Below, piece after piece: positions 10,343 through 21,687 of a stretch of 64,000 nt of DNA. The notes under the pieces are model-generated. The model worked only from the letters and a program-made list of their open reading frames with translations, was not told the DNA's origin and searched no databases. Each line of letters opens with the position of its first letter. Position 1 is the stretch's first letter. Source of the DNA: Nitrospirota bacterium (GTDB taxonomy: Bacteria > Nitrospirota > UBA9217). A program made the translations under genes and the position numbers. The stretch is taken from the NCBI GenBank assembly GCA_963845065.1, contig CAWJQQ010000001.1, forward strand, positions 128,001 to 192,000, given 5' to 3'.

Positions 10343-11956
10343 ATGAGGACCTCAGGTAGAGCGAACTCGACTTGGGCGCCGTTGCGTGTGAGGATCTTCC
10401 GCGCGCTTTGGCTCGCGGCCCTGGTGAGCAATATCGGCACCTGGATGCAAACCGTTGGGGCCCAGTGGATGTTGGTCTACCAGCCACATGCCTCGATCCT
10501 GGTCGCGCTGGTCCAGACCGCTGATATGTTGCCGGACGTAATGTTAGCGTACATCGGCGGCGTGCTCGCTGATACGTTCGATCGGCGCTGGCTTCTGATC
10601 GTTGTCCAGGGGGTGCTGGCCATTTTAGGGATGGTACTCACCATCCTGACGATTGCAGGCCATATGCCGCCTGCCCTCCTTCTGACGCTTACGTTTCTGC
10701 TCGGCGCCGGGTCGGCCTTCTCCGTGCCTGCATATCAGGCGATGATTCCTGATCTTATCCCGCGCCCCCAACTGCCTTCCGCATCTGCCCTGGGCTCGAT
10801 CAACATCAACTTGGCGCGGGCCGTCGGCCCGGCGATCGCTGGGGTACTGATCGAGCGGGCGGGGGTTGGGGCGGTCTTCGCGCTCAACACGGCCACATTT
10901 CTGGTCTTTGGGCTTGTGGTCGCTGCCTGGCACCCTCCTGCAGACATGGTATCACGGCACCCCGAGCGGTTCTTACCGGCGCTGCGGGCTGGGGGCCGGT
11001 ACGTTCGCCACTCCCCGGTGGTCCGCCGCATTCTGGTCCGTTCAGCGTTGTTTCTCGTGCCGGCGAGCGCACTGTGGGCGCTGCTGCCCCTGGTCGCAAG
11101 TCAGCGCCTCGGACTCGGCGCGAACGGCTATGGGTTGTTGCTGGGTGCGCTCGGGGCCGGTGCCGTTGCCGGCGCATTCACGCTCCCACGCCTCCGAGCC
11201 AGGCTTTCGATTAACGCCCTGTTGCGTGCTGCCAGTCTTATCTTCACTGCGGCGCTGATCGTGCTTGTACTGGTACCGAACGCTGCCGTGATCCTGATCA
11301 TGCTTATACCGACAGGGATCGCGTGGATCGCTGTCCTCTCGAGCATGAACGCCGAGATGCAACTCTTTCTCCCGGCGTGGGTGCGCGCCCGTGGTCTCTC
11401 GGTCTATCAGATGGTCTTCTTCGGCGCTCAGGCGGGTAGTGCCGTGATCTGGGGCGTTATTGCCGGGTCGGCAGGACTCATAACGGCCTTTCTTATCGCA
11501 GCGGTGGTCATGGCCGCAGAGGTAGCGATCATCCATATCTGGCCCCTCCTCGACACGAGAGGCATGGACCGCAGCCTGGCAGTGTACTGGCCCGAGCCCC
11601 ATTTAATAGTCGACCCCGACCCGCAGGCAGGGCCCGTGCTCGTGACAACAACCTACACCGTCGCGCAAGAAAATGAGCAGCTGTTCCTCCAGACGATGAG
11701 CTGGGTGCGAAAGTCGCGGCTGCGGACTGGGGCGGCGAGGTGGGGGCTCTACCGCGACGGGGAGACAGCGCACCGTTTTTTGGAAATCTTTGTCGTCCCC
11801 TCGTGGGAAGAGCATTTGAGGCAACACCGCGAGCGGCTGACCGGATTCGACCGTCAGTATGAAGAGCAGGCTGACGCCCTTTCCAACCCGTCATCTCAGA
11901 CGGCGCACTTTACCGGCGTTGATATTCGGACAGATGACGGGACGGTAACTGGTTAA
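10343..11956 (+). CDS. MFS transporter with C-terminal soluble domain (MFS_3 type)
   Basis: FRALWLA..VSNIGTWMQ, GVLADTFDRR, C-terminal RLRTGA..WGL..SWEEHLRQH. Confidence 0.92.
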   Translation: MRTSGRANSTWAPLRVRIFRALWLAALVSNIGTWMQTVGAQWMLVYQPHASILVALVQTADMLPDVMLAYIGGVLADTFDRRWLLIVVQGVLAILGMVLTILTIAGHMPPALLLTLTFLLGAGSAFSVPAYQAMIPDLIPRPQLPSASALGSININLARAVGPAIAGVLIERAGVGAVFALNTATFLVFGLVVAAWHPPADMVSRHPERFLPALRAGGRYVRHSPVVRRILVRSALFLVPASALWALLPLVASQRLGLGANGYGLLLGALGAGAVAGAFTLPRLRARLSINALLRAASLIFTAALIVLVLVPNAAVILIMLIPTGIAWIAVLSSMNAEMQLFLPAWVRARGLSVYQMVFFGAQAGSAVIWGVIAGSAGLITAFLIAAVVMAAEVAIIHIWPLLDTRGMDRSLAVYWPEPHLIVDPDPQAGPVLVTTTYTVAQENEQLFLQTMSWVRKSRLRTGAARWGLYRDGETAHRFLEIFVVPSWEEHLRQHRERLTGFDRQYEEQADALSNPSSQTAHFTGVDIRTDDGTVTG

Positions 11957-11984
11957 AGAATTCAAGTTGTAAATCACGCTATTG

Positions 11985-12160
11985 AAATGAATAGAAACTC
12001 GTTTGATACAGGATGAATTTGCTGAGAGAAAACTTTGTCAATAAATGCAATGATACATACTGAATTTTGCACCCCCGCTATTATTATATGAAACTTGACT
12101 ACATCTACAAGCTTGCACCAGCGCAAGCTGAATAGGAGCTGCAGAATACCAGTTCAAACT
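11985..12160 (+). repeat. dispersed intergenic element, long subtype
   Basis: TACAGGATGAA 12007, GAATTTTGCACC 12062, CATCTACAAG 12102, TGCAGAATAC 12140. Confidence 0.85.
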
Positions 12161-12174
12161 TGTATACAAACAAA

Positions 12175-12215
12175 GCTAACCGGCGTTGGACGAGCGTGTT
12201 GAGCGACGGGTTAGA
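12175..12215 (-). other. partial integron attC-like site
   Basis: immediately after the stop of 12219-12464: TCTAAC-CCGTC-GCTCAAC...CCGGTTAGC (R'', L'', L' boxes; R' missing). Confidence 0.55.
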
Positions 12216-12218
12216 TCC

Positions 12219-12464
12219 TTATGCTCGCTTGATGAGACGCAAAATGAAAATAAGCACTATCGCACCGATGGTTGCTACGATAATGGCGCCGAGTAGACCC
12301 CCGCCCAAGGACACTCCAAAGGAGCGAAACAGAAAACCTCCTAGCAATGCGCCTACCACGCCCACGACGATGTCGCCAATGACGCCGAAGCCGCCGCCCT
12401 TCATGAGCTGTCCAGCGAGCCACCCAGCCACCAGCCCAATCAAGATAAACCAGATAAATTCCAT
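12219..12464 (-). CDS. GlsB/YeaQ/YmgE transglycosylase-associated membrane protein
   Basis: IGLVAGWLAG.LMKGGGFG.IGDIVVGVVGALLGGFLF. Confidence 0.93.
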   Translation of the reverse strand: MEFIWFILIGLVAGWLAGQLMKGGGFGVIGDIVVGVVGALLGGFLFRSFGVSLGGGLLGAIIVATIGAIVLIFILRLIKRA

Positions 12465-12691
12465 GATTTTTCCCCTCCTACGAAATACTTGTTTATACTG
12501 ACCGCTTCACGGAAGTATAGAACGGTACACTTTCGATATAGTGGCCCCGCGTTTCTATGCCGGGCTGGAAACTGGCAAACTTTTTACCGCCGCATGCGGC
12601 GGTGGTTCTCGTCACCAGTAATTCAAGCCCGAAATAAGGAGCCGCGCGTATGTTTTAGTGCGTCCGCGGCCCTTTGTCGTACACGATACCA

Positions 12692-13114
12692 TTACTTGAT
12701 CTCAATGCGGTGGTGAAGCAGATAGACCAGAACCACGACGAGAATAGCTACGACTAGAAGGCTTATAAGAATGTCGACTCCGTCTCCGCCCGCTTGGAGC
12801 GAGTCCGTGTGAGTCGCGAGCTGATGGATCTGCTCGTCCGAAAGCTTGTTCACCCGCGCCATTGTCTCCTCGGGGGAAAGCCCGTAGTCCATAAGTTTTT
12901 GCTGGAGGATTTTAGATTCAAACGCCATCTGGATCTTAGCCATATCTGCCGCCCGACCCGCGGATACCGCCGTTGACTCGGTCATATCCTGATGAGGTGA
13001 GGCAGGGACGAACATGGCATCGGCTGGTCCGGCGAAGGTTGAGATCGCAAGCAGCGCTACTACCAGATAGATCACGAGCGGTTTTGTATAGAACGCCTTG
13101 AGCATGGTTTTCAT
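12692..13114 (-). CDS. PA2779-family protein
   Basis: signal peptide, QQKLMDYGLSPEE..ARV.KLSDEQIHQLA...QAGG plus C-terminal TM. Confidence 0.8.
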   Translation of the reverse strand: MKTMLKAFYTKPLVIYLVVALLAISTFAGPADAMFVPASPHQDMTESTAVSAGRAADMAKIQMAFESKILQQKLMDYGLSPEETMARVNKLSDEQIHQLATHTDSLQAGGDGVDILISLLVVAILVVVLVYLLHHRIEIK

Positions 13115-13483
13115 AGATTGAGCGTCTCCTGACTCATTTCAAACCTCGTTATTGCCTGATAACGACTTTGTTCTCCTAATTACATCATGCTATTGATCAA
13201 AGTGTACCAGCTTATCAGGTAATGGTCAAGTTCATGACTTTCTTTCCTGGCAATTTTCAACATCAAATGAATACACCTAAAAGTGGCTCGCAAGTATTAC
13301 ACTTCAAATACAATCTCCTTATAATTTCACAGGTGCATGACAAGTAAATATTGTGTGAGTGCGTTAAACCAAGATTTGCAAATTGGATGGTGTCTCAGAC
13401 GCACGGAAAGAGCCGGAAATTTCGAATCTGAATCTGCCCTATTAAGTAATTGTCGTCTGAGGTTAAGAAGTTTCAAAACAGTT

Positions 13484-14915
13484 TCAGGGTTGTCGCACAG
13501 CACCGTTATGAAAGACCTCGCATTTGCCGCCTCGAAAGAAACGTTTTGCCTTTCTGTAAAGATGGGTGAATTGGCCTGCAAGGGACTCGGCTGCGCTAAC
13601 GGCGCTGACCGTGGGACTCCGAAAGGACCGCTGACACTTTGTTTGATAGTTGCACACCCCTTGTCATCGAGAAGCGCCACGATTACATTATCATATCGTT
13701 CGGTGACAAGGTTGAGCTTGCCTTTAAGTGCGACCCGATAATGGCTCGTCGCAAGGGCGCAATCCGTAGCGTCCGCAACACCATCCCTAATCTTCCAATG
13801 CGAGATGAACTGTGTAATCGTGCCTGTCCTCTCTGGGTCTGGTAGTAAACGTCTCCGAATCGGTATGCCTTGAGCGCAAAGGTATTGACGATTGGGCCGA
13901 GCGGGCCGACGATGAAGAACGCGCCGAGGTCGACGAGGTGGAACTCCTGGCTCGATTCATACGATGAGAGGACCTTGTCGAGGTCCATAGTATAAATGAC
14001 AAGATTATCACCCCGGAGAGAAAATGTGCCTTCCACGCTACTCATAAGAGTGCGACTTCCTTTCATTTTCATCATCACGGAGGCAAAAAGGTCTCCCTTC
14101 CCGCCGATCACTTTGTTTGTGCCGTAAGCCTCTTCAAGTTTTTCGAAGTCTAGGTCCGGTACCTTCAAATTGATTTTATACACAGCATTGACTTCCGACC
14201 TGTCTATCGTGGCATCTCCTTCACCCTTCGTACCGAAGATATCCATAGTAAGGGGCATGAGATCCCTTCTCCGCTTTTATAGGGCACTTGACATTGTCAA
14301 TTTTTAGGTTCTTTCTCCTCACCTCCTTGCAGTCCAGACTTCCCCTAAATGAGCGTTCTTGATAATGTCCCCTGAGGTATTGTCTATCGCGATGTCTTTT
14401 ATAGCCAGGCTGATTTCATTCAACTCGATCTTAATACCAGTTTTCTTATCAAGATAGGCCAGTGCCCCTTGGGACAGCCTGAATTCTTTCAATCTGAAAG
14501 CTGCTCCCAGCCCCGCTTCAGTCGGTTTCTTTCCAGAATTTTCGATATTAAACTTCCCCTCGGCGTCTTTCACGATGGTGATAGTCGGTTTGAGAAGCTC
14601 GCAACTGGTGACGTTGAGTTGCCTCTTCAGCAAAGGTATTAACTCCACCCCTAACTTTAGTTTTTTGATGAAAATAATTTCGTCTCCCTTGTTGGCGACA
14701 TAGATATCATAAGCTGATACGCTAAAGGGAAAGAAAGAGAGCCCCATCTTCCCATTAATCCTGACATCCAGGCCGGTGGCCTCGGAGGCCGTGCTTTCGA
14801 TGCGGGGCCTCTAAGAATTAATATCGAATACCATGACAGCGACAATTGCAGCGATCACAATCAGGGCTACGACGACGCCCGCGATAATCAGGGCTTTTTT
14901 CCTTTTCGATCCCAT
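13484..14915 (-). pseudogene. AsmA-family protein, multiply disrupted
   Basis: ATG 14915 (MGSKRKKALII..TM) reaches an in-frame TAG; AsmA-like pieces continue in ORFs 14319-14747, 13683-14258 and beyond in different frames. Confidence 0.75.
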
Positions 14916-15092
14916 GGCTTTCACTCCGTGATAAGCATTTAATTACCTTAATTATATACATATTTACCCATTGTGTAAATTCTAGCGCAAGAGATTAACT
15001 TGGGGCAATGCGACGCGGCAATAAATCAGAGGAAAAGCATTTTCATCAAGAAGGTTTATTCAACATTCTTCGACTACACTTAATGATTTTCA

Positions 15093-15220
15093 AACAATGG
15101 AAACTTTAAGGAGTAAAGGATGAAGGTTTGAGGAATCAATCTATCACAATATGCGAAATTCACCTACGCGCATGTAATGTCAGAAATATGTCAAGGGTGA
15201 AGAATGCCGATTGTAACTTA
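15093..15220 (+). repeat. dispersed intergenic element, internally shortened copy
   Basis: AATGGAAACT 15096, TAAAGGATGAA 15114, CACCTACGCG 15161, TGAAGAATGC E-like box 34 nt further. Confidence 0.6.
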
Positions 15221-15361
15221 TATATGACAGTGGGGGTGAGAGACGCGCGCCTTATGCGCGAAAATCTTTTTATCTTTCCTTTACATTGGCGGAAAATCAG
15301 ATACAATTATCTTTAGCCATTTCGTAAAGGTTGAATTGAAAAAAATGACAAAGATCATGCC

Positions 15362-16846
15362 ATGAACGCGCTCCTCGTTTATCCTGAATTCCCCGACACT
15401 TTCTGGAGTTTCCGGCACGCCTTGAAGTTTATCAACAGAAAGGCGAGCAGTCCTCCCTTGGGATTATTGACGATAGCGTCGATGCTTCCCGAGGCGTGGA
15501 AGAAGAGGCTTGTCGACATGAACGTGGAGCGCCTGCGTGACGATCACCTGAAATGGGCTGATCTGGTTCTGGTGAGTGCAATGTCCGTGCAGAAAGAATC
15601 GGCAAGAGGGGTGCTGGCACGTTGCAGGTCGGCTGGTGTCAGGAGCGTCGCGGGCGGACCTCTTTTCACGACCGACTATGAAGCGTTTGGAGAAGTGGAC
15701 CATCTGGTGCTGAACGAGGCCGAAATCACCTTGCCTCGTTTCCTTGAGGATTTTAGCAAGGGCTCTCCCGGCCGAATCTATTCCACGGAAGAGTGGGCGG
15801 ATGTACGAACGACGCCCACCCCCCTGTGGAGGCTCGTAAACATGAGGCACTATGCCTCGATTAATATCCAGTATTCCCGGGGCTGTCCGTTCAATTGCGA
15901 GTTTTGTGATATCACCCAGTTGTGCGGCCGCAAACCCCGCTCGAAGGACCGGGAGCAGGTGCTCAGGGAGCTCGATAGCTTGTACGCGTACGGCTTCAGG
16001 GGCCAGGTCTTCTTTGTCGACGACAACTTTATCGGAAACAAGAAAAAGCTGAGGGAGGAGATCCTCCCTGCCATCGTCGAATGGATGGAGGAAAAAAGGC
16101 ATCCCTTCACGTTCAACACACAGGCATCCATAGAGTTGTCCGATCATGAAGACCTTATGAACATGATGGTCGATGCCGGGTTCGATGTCGTCTTTGTCGG
16201 GATTGAGACGCCCCATGAGGAGAGCCTTACCGAATGCAGCAAATTCCAGAACAAAAATCGCGATCTCCTGGCCAGCATCAGGAATATCCAGAGGTCCGGC
16301 CTCGAGGTGCAGGGAGGGTTCATTGTCGGCTTTGACCAGGACCCGGTCACCATATTCGACACCCAGATCAGGTTCATCCAGGCGAGCGGGGTCGTCACGG
16401 CCATGGTCGGCATTCTTATTGCCCTGCCGCGCACACAGCTTTACGAAAGGCTGAAGCAGGAAAAGCGGCTGCTCCAGGAGACCTCCGGGAACAATACCGA
16501 TTTCGAGACCAATTTTGTACCGCGCATGGACTATGACCTGCTGATCAACGGCTACAAAAAGGTCCTCAAGACCCTCTATTCACCCCGCCATTTTTATGCA
16601 AGGGTCAGGACGTTTCTTAGGGAGTATGTCCCACCGCAAAAGAGGAGGTTTCGTTTCCGTTTCAACTACCTCGCCGCGTTTGTCAGGTCCATCGTAGTAT
16701 TGGGGATCATCGGAAAGGAACGCTTTCACTACTGGGGACTTCTGTTCTGGACCCTGTTCAACCGTCCCCGCCTCTTGCCCCAGGCCATCACCTTCTCGAT
16801 CTATGGTTTCCATTTCCGGAAAGTCTTTGAGAAACAGGTTCGTTGA
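15362..16846 (+). CDS. B12-binding radical SAM protein (DUF4070 C-terminus)
   Basis: PPLGLLT N-terminal cobalamin-binding domain; SRGCPFNCEFC CxxxCxxC; FVDDNF. Confidence 0.93.
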   Translation: MNALLVYPEFPDTFWSFRHALKFINRKASSPPLGLLTIASMLPEAWKKRLVDMNVERLRDDHLKWADLVLVSAMSVQKESARGVLARCRSAGVRSVAGGPLFTTDYEAFGEVDHLVLNEAEITLPRFLEDFSKGSPGRIYSTEEWADVRTTPTPLWRLVNMRHYASINIQYSRGCPFNCEFCDITQLCGRKPRSKDREQVLRELDSLYAYGFRGQVFFVDDNFIGNKKKLREEILPAIVEWMEEKRHPFTFNTQASIELSDHEDLMNMMVDAGFDVVFVGIETPHEESLTECSKFQNKNRDLLASIRNIQRSGLEVQGGFIVGFDQDPVTIFDTQIRFIQASGVVTAMVGILIALPRTQLYERLKQEKRLLQETSGNNTDFETNFVPRMDYDLLINGYKKVLKTLYSPRHFYARVRTFLREYVPPQKRRFRFRFNYLAAFVRSIVVLGIIGKERFHYWGLLFWTLFNRPRLLPQAITFSIYGFHFRKVFEKQVR

Positions 16847-17063
16847 AAACGGAAGGCAAACCGAACGGAAACGCAGGCTACGAACATCATGCGTCCTTTA
16901 TTGACAATCGGGTCCCAGGTCCACGAGGGGATCCGCCGCTCCCCAGTCCCAGCCTTGACGACGATCATACCTCCCCATGACGGAATTGAGCGAACTATCC
17001 ATCTTTGCACATCTATCAAACACAGACGATGTGCATGATTCAGATTCAAAATTGAAGTTTTGC

Positions 17064-17140
17064 CAGAAATGGTAATTTCAACAGCTACAGGATGAACCGC
17101 GCATTTTTATGTTTTATCGAAAAGTGTACAATACGGAGAG
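17064..17140 (+). repeat. dispersed intergenic element, left half only
   Basis: AAATGGTAATTTC-N5-CTACAGGATGAA, then TGTACAATAC at the same 40-nt offset as in long copies. Confidence 0.6.
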
Positions 17141-17391
17141 GATCTTTTTCCTATCATTATTACTAATTGAATCTTGCTATCATCCTAAAAACCCCTGCTT
17201 GAAAGCGGCCAAGAAAAATCGATATAGCCAAGAACTTCTAGCCACGCAGAGATTAGAACAACTCATCTTTTTTATTCAAATAACGCAACCTCAGCTTGAA
17301 AGGGCCATCGAATCGCCTGAGCCTGTTGCCACTATTATGCCATTAGAAAGCAAAAAGCCTGTCAAAAAGACACGCTAAGTGCTTGAGTATT

Positions 17392-17453
17392 TGGAACCGG
17401 CAAGTGGGATTGAACCACCGACCTGCTGATTACGAATTATCAGCTCTACCAGT
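17392..17453 (-). pseudogene. degenerate tRNA-Thr(CGT) 3' portion, probable att-site scar
   Basis: reverse strand CTGGTAGAGC...TTCGTAATCAGCAGGTCGGTGGTTCAATCCCACTTGCCGGTTCCA; 5' acceptor strand absent, anticodon stem broken. Confidence 0.7.
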
Positions 17454-17877
17454 TAGATCTCTATTATCAATACTTTATCGGATGTCAAATTAACTTATAA
17501 GTTAGTCATTTTCAATTTGACCCTGGCTTCCTCGTCTACACTTGCCCATTCAGTATTTGGGCTTTTCCCGAGTCACTTAATCTTGCCAAATCCTGCCAAA
17601 GGATGATCTCGCCACATCCCCTTCTTTTATCCCAATGTCTTTTATAGGTTTTGTTCTTTCGAACTTGAAGGGGTATTTTTTATCGGACACCACATTAGCT
17701 TTAAGTTATTCCTTCGAAATTGAAGAGGTAGTTTATTATCGGACACCACGGAATATTAAGCATATCCGCCCTACACAAATATTGATATGCTGTTTACGAG
17801 CGCAGATTGCGATGTCAGGTAGTTCCTACCGTTGCCTTACTTCAACCCTGTATATAACGTGTGTCCGAACTGGATCG

Positions 17878-18264
17878 TCACAAACGGTGCCACGCTAAAA
17901 TGGTCTCAAACCTGACGATGTTGGCGACATCATCTAATGCTTTTTTCTCCAAGCGCTTTCCGATCTCTGCTAAGGTCTTTCGCTCCCCGACGGTAAGCCG
18001 GAGGCGCCCTTTAAGTTGATCCCGTAATATGCGGTTTTCCGTCACCAGGTATTCATTACGAAGAATCAGTTCCTGGTCAACCGATCCTGATATATAGACG
18101 AGCAGGCTTTTCCAGTCTACGTCGTCTCCTCTCTGATAATCTTTTTGATAAATATCAGAGCGAGTATAGATGCTCGGATTTGTGAGTTCAAGGGGAAAGG
18201 AGCGACAAACTATGTTTTAAAAAACCATGTAAAACAGCAAGATTGAATATTTTGACCTTACGGG
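17878..18264 (-). mobile_element. truncated IS remnant (integrase-core-domain transposase N-terminus plus element end)
   Basis: DWKSLLVYISGSVDQELILRNEYLVTENRILRDQLKGRLRLT.GERKTLAEIGK..ETILAWHRL*; terminal CCCGTAAGGTCAAAAATATTC at 18264. Confidence 0.65.
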
Positions 18265-18280
18265 CACACGTGTAAACGTC

Positions 18281-18829
18281 GTGCGCAATCGTGGTCCGGT
18301 CGTGACCTATGGCGTGAACGATATGGTGCTCGACAACTGGGGGTTTGTGGATCGGTGGATTGCCGAAGAGAACATCACTTCACATGGACCGAGCGGTATC
18401 GGCTTCGTGAATTTTGGAATCGTAAACGATCTGAAAATTCAAGCCCCGATTGAAACCTTTGGAAGAGGAGCCCGCGGTTTTAACGTGTATACAGGTACGG
18501 TGCACTATGCCGATTTTGATCGCATCGTCACGCATGCGGATGGGGCTGTGGGAATCCAGATCAGCCAACCAATTGGTAGCCTCGTCGTGCGTCGGGGCAT
18601 CGAGACGTTTGGCGGAACGGGCGATTCACTGGTTAAAGGTGTGGTGGTGAAGCTATCTGCCATTGGATTGAGCGTGAAACACGGCGGCTCGGCGCGCGAA
18701 ATTGAGATCGATGGTGGAGTCATCACTCATGGTGAAGGTATTGCTCCTGTCGAACTGCACGGGTCGATTCAGTCACTACGGGTTAGTGGCGGATTTGAAG
18801 CAGCGGGTATCGGTTTCGACAAGATATGA
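18281..18829 (+). pseudogene. C-terminal part of a Gly-rich beta-helix-like hypothetical protein, 5'-truncated at the IS end
   Basis: coding-like ORF without RBS starting just after the IS terminus at 18264; repeated T.G.GA.G motifs. Confidence 0.55.
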
Positions 18830-19070
18830 CATTATTAATTGTCAGAACAAACTTTGGGGTTGTGTATTTTGTGGTGCACAACCACCCGCCGCAACGGATT
18901 CGCCTCAGGCAGCGCGCATCACATTCCTCTTTAAAAAGATATCATACGATGGGATTTTGTCAATAGGCCTGTCAATGCGACGTTTGTCCTGCTCACCATA
19001 CAAGTCGTTTTTAGCACCAATCTATCTCTGGCATTGTCGCTTGAGGCAGCTATGATTACTTCGAACACAC

Positions 19071-19622
19071 TCACACCATGCCCATTTTTTCACCAAGCTT
19101 ATGTACCTTGAAGCTTAAAACGATCAAGATCGCGCCGAACAGACATGCGTAGGTGGCGATCAGCCAGATGAGGCCCAGTACACCGGCAGCCATAAATCTA
19201 ATCAGCAAAAGCGCGATGATGATAGACACAACTCCGCCCACAGCCAGCCACCATTCCCCGGTAACGACCTTCCTGAGCCGCAGTGCTGCGGCGATCTCGA
19301 GTACTCCTGCGGCCAGAGCCCAGGCAGCGATATAGAGAAACAGAGCAATTCCGGTGATGCCGGGAGCAAAGGCGGTTATGATGCCGGCACCCACACCCAG
19401 CAACCCCTCCATCAGCAGCACGACCCGGTCATCCTCCTCTTTTCGGCCACCTACTGCGTTAATGATCAAAAAGGCGCCATTCACGAAAACATAGGCTCCG
19501 AAAAAGAGCACCAGGGTGCTCACAGTTATCCCCGGCCATAATAAGGCTAGCACGCCGAACAGGATCGCAACAATCCCTCTCAATAGAATTAACCACCAAT
19601 AGCGGAAAAGGACACTTAGCAT
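19071..19622 (-). CDS. HdeD/DUF308 family membrane protein
   Basis: WWLILLRGIVAILFG...WPGIT; two DUF308-like repeats; AGGAG RBS. Confidence 0.9.
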   Translation of the reverse strand: MLSVLFRYWWLILLRGIVAILFGVLALLWPGITVSTLVLFFGAYVFVNGAFLIINAVGGRKEEDDRVVLLMEGLLGVGAGIITAFAPGITGIALFLYIAAWALAAGVLEIAAALRLRKVVTGEWWLAVGGVVSIIIALLLIRFMAAGVLGLIWLIATYACLFGAILIVLSFKVHKLGEKMGMV

Positions 19623-19634
19623 ATCAAACTCCTT

Positions 19635-20264
19635 TCATGGCAAATTGTTGCGTTGCGCCAGCATCCGGGTCATGACTACTTTATAAATACTTCCGCTAGG
19701 AGAAAACTCAATCCAGTAGACATTAGTGGAATCAACGGCTATACCATACGGTAAATAATTCACAACCCCGGAATACATTCCTGGGGTAAGGTTCGTTACA
19801 GGGCCTCCGTTTATTCCTACCTTATTTATGGTTAAGTCGCACATATCTCAAGTGGAACACATTTCAGTCCAGTAAACACTGGTGGAATCGACTACCATTT
19901 TTTGGAGCCAACCGCTCAATCCGGAGATGAGAGTCGTGACTGTACCACCGTTTTTATTCACCTTCTCTATACCAATGCTATCAGCCCAGTAGACATTGGT
20001 GGAATCTATAGCGATGGTGAAGGGATAAATCGTTCCAGTGGCCAAGGTTGTTACAATCCCTCCATTTATCCCAACTTTCAATAAGCTGTCACCATTAGTC
20101 CAGTAGACACCGGTGGAATCGTTGCCGGCAGTAGCTACGATTCCTGGGGGATAGGGTACGCCAGCCTGCGTACTGCTTCCCTTGCCGCAGTTCGCGACAA
20201 GTAGGCAAATCACAACTAATAAAGAGAATGCCGTCGGAATCATCTTCAGCGCTAATCCTCCCAA
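19635..20264 (-). pseudogene. exported beta-propeller-repeat lipoprotein, broken
   Basis: repeated (I/V)DST(N/S)VYW..KV..NGG units split across ORFs 19848-20264 and 19635-19844. Confidence 0.65.
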
Positions 20265-20366
20265 TCATACTTGTAATACGCCGTTGGGACCATGTCTATC
20301 GAGCGAAGTCGCAGTTAACACTAAAATTAAATGAAACTTGTTACTGTTCATCATATACTAGATGCG

Positions 20367-20837
20367 TCATTTTTCTACCTTTAACACATAATAGGCATCG
20401 TTAAAAGAATCGGCCGCACAAGCAACGTCGTTTAACATGAAGTGGTTCATTATAATCAAAATAGTAGGCGGGTTGTATTGGTAGCCTGAATACTCAAAGT
20501 AATCGGGACAGGATGGCCCCTTGATCAAGAGATAGGTATACACATCGAGATTATTAAACATATTTTGATAATATGCATCTGTACCGACAAGACCAGGGAT
20601 TTGAATGAATGCAGTAAGTTCTTCTGGCGTACTAATGACGTAGGTATTGGGTCCAGTCTGAGTGGGACCAGAAGACAAATATATAGTTTGGCCTTGTATC
20701 AGAGTTGATGGATTAACGGACGCGATAAATGTAAAGGTTTGAGTCGATATGAACTGGGGGCCACCGCTACTATAATTGCTACAGGATTGGGAAATAAGCG
20801 CAATCGAGATAATCACTAATAGGCGTAATTTTCTCAT
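20367..20837 (-). CDS. hypothetical lipoprotein
   Basis: signal peptide with lipobox-like ISQSC; GGAG RBS. Confidence 0.65.
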   Translation of the reverse strand: MRKLRLLVIISIALISQSCSNYSSGGPQFISTQTFTFIASVNPSTLIQGQTIYLSSGPTQTGPNTYVISTPEELTAFIQIPGLVGTDAYYQNMFNNLDVYTYLLIKGPSCPDYFEYSGYQYNPPTILIIMNHFMLNDVACAADSFNDAYYVLKVEK

Positions 20838-21004
20838 GAAAAACTCCCTAGCTTTTAATCACTTATTTTCTGGGATGAATATATATCGGACGAATATGGA
20901 TGTCAACAGCGGAGAATTGGCATTGTCATCCCAAAATAGAAATGTCCGCTTTTAGGAAACAAGAGGAAGATATTATGGCAAATAAACTCGCGGTTTCCAC
21001 CAAA

Positions 21005-21096
21005 ACATCCACGGGATCGGCATAGCGAATACTATTCGCTCTTGCGTAAAAATAAAGATTGAAGCCTCCACTCAGTCCAATCGGGTCGGCTTCTTC
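21005..21096 (-). pseudogene. Rhs repeat-associated core fragment
   Basis: translates EEADPIGLSGGFNLYFYARANSIRYADP, matching the DPIGLxGGxNLYxYxxNxPxxxxDP Rhs core motif. Confidence 0.75.
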
Positions 21097-21114
21097 GATT
21101 TCATCTTGTTTTCG

Positions 21115-21666
21115 TTATTTATTAACTTTGTAAAAATGTGAGATCTCTTCCTTTGATGTCTCTAAATATTGGATACACTCTGTAACAGAATTTTCTATAT
21201 TTCTCATGGAAGACACTATATGAATACGCAAGTTAATCGCCTTCATCGCAAGGTCATAAGAGTTAAAACGAGGGTCATTATAATCTGGTGCTCCACAAAT
21301 ATAATGTATAGGAAATACCTTTAATGTAAACCTGAAAACATTAACAGGATTATGTTCGAGTGCCTCACCAACAGCTAAATCCAACATTTCGGTTGCACCA
21401 GCATCGGAGCCTGGTCGAAGAGCAACGGCAGTTTTTAGCCATGATTCATCTCCAGAAGCAATTTTTTTTTGCAAAATGGAATACCATACATTCCAATCAC
21501 TATATAACTCTTCACAGACCACTTTAGCACCTCTGGAGTCAATTTCGCGCATGATCGAGTCGGGTTTTATCTGATAATGTATTGGATTTGCGTCGATTGC
21601 ATATACTAAATTTGATCCAAATATAACTGCTATAATTATGGTCCATATTGAATATTTGACTGACAT
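21115..21666 (-). CDS. exported hypothetical protein, putative toxin immunity protein
   Basis: signal peptide, strong GGAGG RBS, AT-rich; lies between a toxin-like fragment and an Rhs core fragment. Confidence 0.6.
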   Translation of the reverse strand: MSVKYSIWTIIIAVIFGSNLVYAIDANPIHYQIKPDSIMREIDSRGAKVVCEELYSDWNVWYSILQKKIASGDESWLKTAVALRPGSDAGATEMLDLAVGEALEHNPVNVFRFTLKVFPIHYICGAPDYNDPRFNSYDLAMKAINLRIHIVSSMRNIENSVTECIQYLETSKEEISHFYKVNK

Positions 21667-21687
21667 GCAACCTCCTTTTTTTATAAT

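Noticed and set aside
20923..20980. Possible IS left-end relic (CAAAATAGAAATGTCCGC...ATGGCA)
   Set aside because: Resembles ends of some unclassified IS elements from memory only; no transposase or partner end follows.
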